This document shows, piece after piece, positions 1 to 8,855 of a stretch of 64,000 bases of DNA. The notes below the pieces were generated by a model. The model had not been told where the DNA came from and searched no databases. It worked only from the letters and a program-made list of their open reading frames with translations. Numbering within the stretch: position 1 is the first letter of the stretch; each line of letters begins with the position of its first letter. The position numbers and the translations under genes are program-made. Source of the stretch: Azolla caroliniana (lineage: Eukaryota; Plantae; Polypodiophyta); contig JBHGNT010000021.1 in the NCBI GenBank assembly GCA_043228905.1, positions 2,480,001-2,544,000 on the forward strand. The letters run 5' to 3'.

Positions 1-65
1 AATTTTGATAAATCCACAACTCCAAAAATGTAGACAATATTCATAAACGGTTAAAACTGTCAAAC

Positions 66-1019
66 TTAGACGTGAACATTAATATATATCAATTTGAACA
101 TATCAACAGTTGTCAGGATATCCACACTGCTTTCCACTTCTTCCTTTTGAGAACTCCCTAACAAAATTTGTGAAGTAGTATCTACTCCATATAGGCTGGC
201 AATGATAGGGTCCTCAAATAGCTCGTTGACAAAATCAATAAGCTCCCTAGGTTCACCAACTAATGGAGGAATAAGTTCATGGGATGCAGATTGAAAATGT
301 TAAGGCTTTAATCCTCATGTTAATGAAACTCACTTGCTCATCATCCTTTTTAAGTGCAATTGTATTTCTGAATAACTCCAATGCAGATGCAGATGCAGTA
401 CACATGAACAATTTAAAATGCGGATTGATTTAGCTAAACATAAACTATATTGATTTCTAAAGGCATAACAAACAAAGTTATAATAATTTACCTGAGCCAA
501 AGAACAAATCTAGTATCCAATCTCCTTCATTGGAAAACATTTCAAATGACAAAAATCAATATTATGTAGAATATATTGATGGGAAAATTAAAATTCTCCA
601 TGTAAGATAAATATTCCTTACTAAGCAAGGTTTTCTATCCCATTGCAATGAGATCTCAAGGCCTGTGCTATAGACTATCCTTGGTCCATGCTATGGAATA
701 TGACAATTCTCCATAAGGATATTTCCTGTGCAAAATCTTTCATCATCTTCTCAAGTTGTTTGAACATAAATGGTTCATCATCATATGTTGATCCAACCAT
801 ACAAAAATCCGTATGGTATGTCAACAATCAATAATATGTATTTCTTCGTTAGCAATATGTGTATCATCTCAACCACATCACCATAATAGACATTATAGTA
901 TAAATCCCGGGTGATATCCTTTTTGTGGCTAAATTTCTTAAAAGTGTCACTATCTTCTACACCTGGATATGCTTTCACTAAACGATAGTCCTTTTCTTTC
1001 CCCATTCTTTCAAGATGTG
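66..1019 (-). pseudogene. Decayed intron-containing beta-class DNA amino-methyltransferase (N6_N4_Mtase-like), 5'-truncated
   Basis: Manual minus-strand translation gives VYYGDVVEMIHILLTKKYILLIVDIPYG (motif IV, DPPY-like DIPY at 811-822). After a frameshift it reads GSTYDDEPFMFKQLEKMMKDFAQ..WRIVIFHS, then FEMFSNEGDWILDLFFGSG (motif I, FxGxG, about 491-546). A GT donor at 491 opens a ~90-bp intron, followed by TASASALELFRNTIALKKDDEQVSFINMRIKAL. Motif IV precedes motif I, the beta-class order. It carries stops, frameshifts and a damaged acceptor. Confidence 0.8.
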
Positions 1020-4000
1020 TCAACAGACGACGCTTATGTAGTACAAGGTTCGACAGACCGATCGAACATACGAGGAAGAGATTCCTCACGGCCGCCGAAT
1101 AGTCAGCGAAGACGGAGCCAGTCACGGGATAACCGAATCTGCAACTATTGCAAGAAACCCGGACACATCAAAGCCGACTGCCGCGCACTCAAGAACAAGA
1201 ACAACAAGAAGAGTGGCCGGCATGAGGAGATCAATTACGTCAGCTTCTCAGCTGATGTGCTACCAGACGACCCGAATATACTATCAATCGAAAATCCAGT
1301 CGGATCAGAAGTTCTACTCACGACTGAAGAGTCGAGCACATGGCTCTTAGATTCGGGCGCGTCATTTCACGTGACTCCTCATCGATCCCAATTTCGGCAA
1401 TATACGATCCGTCACTCCGACTCAGTTCGAGTCGGTAACTCGCAACACTGTGACATCATCGGAATCGGCACAGTAGAGCTCAACCTTGCAGGTGGCTCTA
1501 CACTTGTACTCCACAATGTCCGACATGTACCCGAGCTCTCAAGGCCATTGATCTCAGTCGGACAACTAGATGAAGACGGCATTCGTGCCGGTTTTTCTTC
1601 GGGAGGGTGGACACTCCACAGGGGGAACCTCCTGCTTGCTAGAGGACCCAAGATACACTCCCTGTATCCGTTACATGTTACGCTCAGAGAGGGTAACCTG
1701 TTTTTGGTGGATATTCCTGTGTCATCACTATGGCACAGAAGATTAGGACACCTCAGCAAGGCCGGCATCACGCATCTATCTAGAGCCGGATACATCCCCA
1801 AACTCTCCTTCTCCGACCATCAATTCTGCGAGCATTGCCAGTATGGCAAACAAGCAGCCGCATCACACCCGACATCAGCACCAAGAGAAACGAGACCTCT
1901 CGATTTGGTCCACTCGGACGTCTGTGGCCCGATGCCGCATCAGTCTCTTGGCGGTGCCTCTTACTTCGTCAGTTTTATTGACGATTCGACTCGAAAGGTG
2001 TGGGCTTATCCAATTCGCACCAAAGATCGTGTCTTCTCGATCTTCTCCGATTGGCTCGCTATGGTAGAAAATCAAACTGACCAAAAACTGAAATGCCTTC
2101 GGACAGACAATGGGGGAGAGTTCAAATCAGAAGAATTCGTCAAATTCTGCCGACAACGCGGCATCCGACGTGAATTTACGGCACCACACAGTCCGGAGCA
2201 AAACGGGATTGCAGAACGAATGAATCGGACAATCCAAGAACGGATAGTTTCCATGCTCCAACACTCCGGACTGTCGGATGGCTTCTGGGCAGAGGCTCTA
2301 CTCACGGCAGTACACATAATCAATATGTCGCCAAGTAGACCTCTAGGACTTCAAATTCCTCAGGAACGATGGATCGGCAGTAAGCCGAATTACGACAAGC
2401 TGAGGATCTTCGGATGCGAGGCGTACGCCCTTATTCCGAAAGATGATCGCCGAAAACTTGCACCTCGGTCCAGGAAATGCATTTTCCTTGGATATGGATC
2501 CGACGGCGAAATGGGATACCGACTCTGGGATCCCGAACGCAGACAAATCGTCCGAAGTTCGGACGTTGTGTTCAACGAGTCGGCTATGAATCCATCAGTC
2601 GAAAAACCGATCGAAGTCCGAAGGGTAACATTTTCCGATGTGCCGACCCTTCAAGAAGGCCCCGCTCTCAACACACGGGTAGCTGAACCTTACACTACCG
2701 ACTCGGACAACTCCGACTCGGCACAGCAGAACAATCCGCTTTCGGACCATCCGACCTTGATACCCGATGCGACCAGTCCAATCATACCTCGACGATCCGA
2801 GAGACTGTCGCAACCTCCGGAGAGGTATTCTCCTGGAATTTTCTTCACCGACGCCGGCGAACCGACGTCTTACGAAGAAGCATCGACATCTGTCGATTCC
2901 GTCACCTGGCATCTGGCGATGGAGTCGGAAATGCACTCCATTCGGGCAAACAAGACTTGGGATCTGGTCGAATTACCTAGGAACCGACGTGCTCTTCCTT
3001 GCAAGTGGGTTTATCGACTAAAAGAGACGTATGATTCGACCACCCCAAAGTACAAGGCCAGATTAGTTGCGAAGGGCTTCCGACAAGAATATGGCGTCGA
3101 CTTCGACGAGATTTTTTCACCAGTGGTGAAAATGACAACCCTTCGTTTTCTACTCGGCGTAGTGGCAGCCGACAACTTGGAGCTGATTCAGCTAGATGTC
3201 AAAACAGCCTTCCTCCATGGTGATCTCGAGGAGGAAATTTATATGGAGCAGCCAAAAGGCTTCGTGGCACCTGGCCAAGAACATCTAGTCTGCCGACTCA
3301 GGAAGAGTCTATACGGCCTCAAACAGGCACCGCGACAATGGTACAAGAAGTTCGACGACTTCATCCAATCGATCGGCTTCTCCAAAAGCGATGAGGACCA
3401 TTGTCTCTTCACCAACACAGCTCAAGATGGATCACCCATCTTCCTCATCATTTACGTGGACGACATGCTAATTTCTGGACGCCACGCGGGCGAACTTGCC
3501 GATCTCGTTCGGCAACTGCGGTTGAAGTTTGCCATGAAGGACCTCGGTCCGGCACGACACATCCTTGGCATGAAGATTAGTCGGCATCGCGATAAACGAC
3601 ATCTTTTTTTGTCTCAGACCGACTATATCGGACGTGTCTTGGAACGCTTCAACATGCAATCAGCCAAATCTGCTTCAACCCCGCTCCCAATGAATCTTCG
3701 GCTCTCTCAGCGAGACTGCCCGACATCCGGCCCGGAGGGGGAAGATATGAAGTCGGTACCGTATGCACCGGCAGTCGGCTCCCTTATGTACCTGATGGTC
3801 GCGACACGGCCTGATATTTCTCATGCCGTAGGAGTCGTTAGCAGATTTATGCACAATCCTGGCCGATCGCATTGGAACGCAGTCAAGCATGTGTTCAGAT
3901 ATCTGGCTGGCACAAAAGACCATGGCATTCTTTTCGGTCCGAACCGAACCTCAGGCGTAGTCGGTTACACCGACTCGGACTTCGCCGGCTGTATAGACAG

Positions 4001-4436
4001 TCGAAAATCAACAACCGGATACTGCTTCAAATTCGGCAATGGAGCAATCTCGTGGAAGTCGAAACTTCAGGAGTGCACAGCGACCTCAACGACCGAAGCA
4101 GAATATGTAGCTGCGTCCGACGCAGCAAAAGAAGCTTTGTGGCTCGGTCGGCTGGCGCACACGTTTCGACAAGTCGACCATGACTCGGCTCCAGTTGTCT
4201 ATAGCGACAGTCAAGGTGCTGTTGCCTTGTCGAAAAATCCGGTTCACCACAACGCCTCCAAACATATCGACGTTCGATATCACTTCGTTCGGGACTGCGT
4301 CATTTCAGGGAAAATCGGTCTAGAGAAAATATCCACAACCGACAATGTCGCAGATGGAATGACCAAGTGTCTTTCGGCAGACCGCTTTCGGTCTCTTCGG
4401 CATCAGATGGGCGTAACGACAAACCAGTCCGGTTAG
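1020..4436 (+). CDS. Copia polyprotein lacking its N-terminus (Zn knuckle, protease, integrase, RT, RNase H)
   Basis: Motifs CNYCKKPGHIKADC, WLLDSGAS, integrase HSDVCG/RTDNGGEF/AERMN, RT YVDD and RNase H SKHIDVRYHFVRD, in copia domain order. The frame is open, but the ATG at 969 lies outside the element. Confidence 0.9.
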   Translation, partial: STDDAYVVQGSTDRSNIRGRDSSRPPNSQRRRSQSRDNRICNYCKKPGHIKADCRALKNKNNKKSGRHEEINYVSFSADVLPDDPNILSIENPVGSEVLLTTEESSTWLLDSGASFHVTPHRSQFRQYTIRHSDSVRVGNSQHCDIIGIGTVELNLAGGSTLVLHNVRHVPELSRPLISVGQLDEDGIRAGFSSGGWTLHRGNLLLARGPKIHSLYPLHVTLREGNLFLVDIPVSSLWHRRLGHLSKAGITHLSRAGYIPKLSFSDHQFCEHCQYGKQAAASHPTSAPRETRPLDLVHSDVCGPMPHQSLGGASYFVSFIDDSTRKVWAYPIRTKDRVFSIFSDWLAMVENQTDQKLKCLRTDNGGEFKSEEFVKFCRQRGIRREFTAPHSPEQNGIAERMNRTIQERIVSMLQHSGLSDGFWAEALLTAVHIINMSPSRPLGLQIPQERWIGSKPNYDKLRIFGCEAYALIPKDDRRKLAPRSRKCIFLGYGSDGEMGYRLWDPERRQIVRSSDVVFNESAMNPSVEKPIEVRRVTFSDVPTLQEGPALNTRVAEPYTTDSDNSDSAQQNNPLSDHPTLIPDATSPIIPRRSERLSQPPERYSPGIFFTDAGEPTSYEEASTSVDSVTWHLAMESEMHSIRANKTWDLVELPRNRRALPCKWVYRLKETYDSTTPKYKARLVAKGFRQEYGVDFDEIFSPVVKMTTLRFLLGVVAADNLELIQLDVKTAFLHGDLEEEIYMEQPKGFVAPGQEHLVCRLRKSLYGLKQAPRQWYKKFDDFIQSIGFSKSDEDHCLFTNTAQDGSPIFLIIYVDDMLISGRHAGELADLVRQLRLKFAMKDLGPARHILGMKISRHRDKRHLFLSQTDYIGRVLERFNMQSAKSASTPLPMNLRLSQRDCPTSGPEGEDMKSVPYAPAVGSLMYLMVATRPDISHAVGVVSRFMHNPGRSHWNAVKHVFRYLAGTKDHGILFGPNRTSGVVGYTDSDFAGCIDSRKSTTGYCFKFGNGAISWKSKLQECTATSTTEAEYVAASDAAKEALWLGRLAHTFRQVDHDSAPVVYSDSQGAVALSKNPVHHNASKHIDVRYHFVRDCVISGKIGLEKISTTDNVADGMTKCLSADRFRSLRHQMGVTTNQSG

Positions 4437-4629
4437 AGCCGGACACAGCGCAGGATGGTTCCCGACAACCGACATCAGTTCCTCAATGATCGGCTTCAAC
4501 TGTTCCGACCCGACCAGTTCGGTCTTCTGCCTTCGGACCCTGCCGACTCGAACAAAGCTGATATGTCCGAGAACCTAAGTCTATACCTGTAATCTTAGAT
4601 AACCCATGTATACGCCCATTACGGGGGAG

Positions 4630-4795
4630 TGTCGAATACAAGTGTATAATGGACGTATTCACACTATCCCTTTAGGCCATTTGTGTAATTATCATAAAGG
4701 GTAGTTGCCCTAAGTCGGTCACTATATATAGTGACCTTGTAACCTTTTTGTAAGGTTGGGTGTTGTATTATTGCTTTGTGGAATAAGAAGTCTTT

Positions 4796-4844
<49 letters not shown>

Positions 4845-4928
4845 ACGACCTACAATCTGTCATACACAGGTATTCAACAAGAATCGAATGCTTCTTGATC
4901 TTCCGCATAGACGACCTCGTCTCCAACA
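4630..4928 (+). repeat. Copia A 3' LTR
   Basis: TGTCGAATAC...CTCCAACA directly after the PPT; contains a (TC)n tract and a palindromic TATA region. Confidence 0.95.
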
Positions 4929-4950
4929 CCGTCTCCAACACCGTCGTCAA

Positions 4951-5452
4951 TGCACACGGTTGTGACGAAAGTTTCCCATGATGAGGGAAGGCTACTCATG
5001 AGTATCATTGCTCTGAGTTCATCCTCGATTGCCGTCCCCTGTGACGAGATTTGGGAGCTTATGCTTTCGTACTCATTTAGGTGTGCTTGAACCGAGTCGG
5101 ATTCTTTCATCCGCAAGTTGTAGAGGCGCCGGATCAGAAACATCTTTGTTGCGGCGACCTTCTTTTCGTTAGTGTCCGACAGTGTTTTCCATAGTTCGAA
5201 TGCTGTCGTACACGATTGCACCGTAAAGTATACCGATTCCGATAGGTGCATCCGAATCGTGGCGCGGACGATTCTGTCCAGCTTCTGCCACTCAATTGGT
5301 TTGTATCCTTCTGGAGGTTCTTCATTTTCGATGGGATCGATTTGCCCCTTGACTATGAGATAGTCCTGCATTTGTTCCTTCCAGAAGTTGAAGTTCGATC
5401 CATCGAACTTGCGTAGACTCATTTCTGACGAGCCGGATGTTGATGCCATCAA
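4951..5452 (-). pseudogene. Copia gag N-terminal fragment, separated from pol by the inversion
   Basis: MMASTSGSSEMSLRKFDGSNFNFWKEQMQDYL...ETFVTTVC matches the N-terminus of ORFs 19176-22703 and 33992-35563. Confidence 0.9.
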
Positions 5453-6132
5453 ATTTGGTTTCGGTTGACGGAGCTCGGTTCGGAGTTGACTACGAACCTT
5501 GTTGGAGTGCAGCCGGTTGGCTCACCCGATATCGTTCTAGTCGGATTTGAACCCGAGTCGGTTCGGCTTCGGAACTTGCTCGAATTGACTCCGGTAGCTT
5601 GAGGGACAGAACCGACTGGTCTTCCCGAATGTTGCCGAGTCGGAGTGAGCCCGGTTCGCTTCGGATATATATATGCCGAATACCGATTATTGAAACCGAT
5701 TATCTGGACCGATTCTGCTTCGGGTGGCTGCAGCGACGAGAGAGACAGATTCAACTGATCCTCCCGAATGTCGATCAGCCGGATGAAGCGCGAATTGGGG
5801 TTGTTGTCTTGAGACCGATCTGCACCGAGTGGTTACAACGAGCGGCGAGCAGCGTTTAATGACCTTTTCGGATGTTGTTTAACCGAGTGGAGCACGATCG
5901 TGTCAATGTTGCACAAGGGGATTTCACCTCGGGCGGTTACGATCACAAGGAACAGAGTACAACCTGCTGGCTTACTCCAAGCGAAGATGATCTAACGCGA
6001 TGAGATGCAAGCCTCGTTTTTCTTCTTCTTCTCTCTTCTTCGAATGACGCAAGAAACCGAATGCTGTGCAGGCTGAGACGACGGCCGACAGCGGGATGAA
6101 GGACCGAATACTGTGCAGGCTCTGATACCAGA

Positions 6133-6216
6133 TGTTGGAGACGAGGTCGTCTATGCGGAAGATCAAGAAGCATTCGATTCTTGTTGAATACCTGCGTATG
6201 ACAGATTGTAGGTCGT

Positions 6217-6262
<46 letters not shown>

Positions 6263-6439
6263 ACACACACACAAAAGACTTCTTATTCCACAAAGCAATA
6301 ATACAACACCCAACCTTACAAAAAGGTTACAAGGTCACTATATATAGTGACCGACTTAGGGCAACTACCCTTTATGATAATTACACAAATGGCCTAAAGG
6401 GATAGTGTGAATACGTCCATTATACACTTGTATTCGACA
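6133..6439 (-). repeat. Copia A 5' LTR
   Basis: Reverse complement of the LTR at 33003-33311, adjacent to PBS TGGTATCAGAGCC on the minus strand; outer flank AACGG. Confidence 0.95.
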
Positions 6440-8815
6440 AACGGTTTGACGTACGCGCGCGTCAAGAGCCAAGACAGTCGCCATTCCGTCCAGTTCATGA
6501 CCGTACGTCCGAACCATGAGAGGAATCGCGAGACCCTCGGCGGCGACAGCCGAGGGGATTTTTAGAGAGGGCTATCAAGGCGTGGGGCCGCGGTAGTCCG
6601 GACGTACCAGAAGAACCCCACACATGTAGAGTAGGTAGGAAGTTTTGGTTCTCCGAAAACGGAGGTTGTACTATAGTCGGCGTTAGCGGCCGGGAGAGGA
6701 AGCGAGCGGAGGAGCGGCTCAGGGGATGCGGAGTCCTCTCCCCCAACGAAGAAATTAGCGGCGCCGTGGAGGCGGTCTCTTTTGACGACACCTTGGGCGA
6801 GTTGCGAAAGGTGATCGGTGAAGACCTTAGAGAAGACCGGATTGTTCCGGTTAGTTCGATGGGAATGTACGAAGTCATCGCAGACTTCGGGGAAAGGGTC
6901 AGGTCGGATCAGACGGCCCGCGTGGATACAAAGTACAAGACTGTGGACCGGAAGGTGAGGCCAGTCGTGGCACCCTTGCCGGAGGGCAGCGAGGAGTGGA
7001 TAAAAAGGGTCGCGTCGAACCCAAGTTTACGAAATCCGGCTAGCATAGGGCACCGGTTCACCGACATAACGCTACGGGAGCTCAAGGTCGGTGATGGTGG
7101 CTTTCTACTGCCGGTGGAGGAGGATAGGTTTCGGAGAATGCTCGGAAGGCATGGGAAAGCCTTCGCGTTCTCGCCGGAGGAGATCGGGTGCGTGGACCCG
7201 ACGATCGTCGAACCGATGGTGATCTTCACGGTACCGCATGTACTGTGGAATCTCAAACTGATTATGGTGCTGAGAGCTCACATCCCGAAGTTGATGGAGC
7301 TTCTGAAGCAAAAGGTGGAGATGGGCATCCTTAAACCGTCGAGTGCCCCATATTCGAATCGGTGGTTTACGGTGCCGAAGAAGAACGTCACGTTGTGCTT
7401 CATTCAGGACCTGCAACCGGTCAACAGGGTGACCATCCGTAATGCAAGGATCAGACCGACCATAGAGGAGTTCGCAAAGGCCTTCGTTGGAAGATCGATC
7501 TATTCGGTCGGTGACTTATACTCAGGGTACGACCAGTTCCAGCTAGCCGTGGAGAGCAGGGATATCACGACGATGCGAACTCCTCTCGGCCTAGTACGGA
7601 TGTGTACCCTACCGCAAGTCGGGACGAATTCGGTGGCGCATATGGTGAACGTAATGAACAAGGTGCTGAGGGACTGCATCCCAGACATCACCATGCCATT
7701 CTTGGACGACATCCCGATAAAGGGGTGTCCGGTGGAAGATGCGAACGAGACTGTCGGGCCAGACGGATGCTGGAGGTTCGTCGTGAACCACATCAACGAC
7801 TGCAAGAAGGTGCTGCAGAGGCTCGAGAGCACACGACTCACCTTCTCCAGAGAAAAATCGGCATTCGGGCAGTCGGAGATCTTGGTGGTCGGACACCTGT
7901 GCGGGCCTTACAGTAGGAAACCATCTCCGGCAAAGGTAGATGCCATCTCCGCGATGAGGAATGATTGCGGGTCGGTTACGGAGGTCCGCAGATTCTTGGG
8001 TGCATGCGCGTTGTCGTGAAGAAAACCGTCCATAGGCGGAATCGGCGCACCAAGGCGTGGGAACCGGTTCTTCACGCGCGCACGCTCCGAGTTGTACATA
8101 GAAACGAATTGAGAGGATAATCGGCAGGAACGGGCCCTAACTCAAGTGGAGACAAAGACCGCGCGAACAGTCTTTTCGGTCGCGCGCGCGAACTGTACGA
8201 GTCGGCGGCGTAACTACGCGGATCCGTGAAAAACGGAGCGGATCCCTGTCCAAAAGGGACAGGGAATAAAGCTGACACGACGGCCTGTTCGTCGGCCTAT
8301 ATAAGGAGCGGGAAAGAGCTGTTGCAGGGATCTGGCGCGGAGAGGACGAAGTGCTGTCGGACCGTTTCTGGACGCTTCGCTCTCTCTGTTTCCTTCCTTC
8401 TTGAGCTCCAAAGCTTTCTGTGCAGGGTTCCGGGGAGGCTCGCGCTGTTTCGAGGAACGCCCGAGTGCTTCCGGCAGCACCTCCGACCTGCTACCCCCCC
8501 CCCATTTCCCCATTTGTGCGTCGAAGCGAACAGGCATCGGCATCTGTTCGCCGGCCTGTGCGGTTGCAACCAACCTGTGCCCCATCGGGGGTTGTAGTCG
8601 TGTTAGCCATTTTGTTAATACACATATTTAGTCATTCGCATCCGTCTGTGTCGGTGTCTGTTCGCGTTCTCCGTGCTGAAGGGCCGTGTCCCTGTGTATC
8701 CCCGGTCCTGCGTAGCCGGTTCTCTCTCTTTCTCCTCCCTCGCTTGCTCTTTGGTTCGAGACCCCCGCGGTCCCGCCTCTATTCCACACGCACTTGCGTA
8801 ATATCTCGACATCTT

Positions 8816-8833
8816 TGGTGAACCCGACGTGAA
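8816..8833 (+). promoter_or_regulatory. Primer-binding site complementary to the 3' end of plant cytosolic tRNA-Trp
   Basis: TGGTGAACCCGACGTGAA is the reverse complement of TTCACGTCGGGTTCACCA, which I recall as the plant tRNA-Trp(CCA) 3' end. The same PBS occurs at 28035-28052 and, with one mismatch, at 40839-40856 (-). Confidence 0.85.
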
Positions 8834-8855
8834 AGAGGCGGCAGAAGAGCAGAAG

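Larger units (their letters stand above)
1020..6439. mobile_element. Ty1/copia family A, copy A1, internally inverted (plus strand 1020-4928: gag 3' part, pol, 3' LTR; minus strand 4951-6439: 5' LTR, PBS, UTR, gag 5' part)
   Basis: Both halves are near-identical to the colinear copy at 33003-38481. LTRs are 4630-4928 (+) and 6133-6439 (-). The tRNA-iMet PBS is at 6118-6130 (-) and the PPT GGGGGAG at 4623-4629. 86 bp of gag (equivalent to 34494-34579) is missing between the halves. Confidence 0.95.

Noticed and set aside
969-1019. N-terminus MLSLNDSPFLSPFFQDV of the 1155-aa ORF as a new fusion protein start
   Set aside because: It is the antisense strand of the methyltransferase relic joined by chance in frame at the breakpoint; there is no promoter or LTR upstream.
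4664-4965. ERERER / LSLSLS ORFs in the copia LTRs
   Set aside because: They are translations of (GA/TC)n microsatellites.
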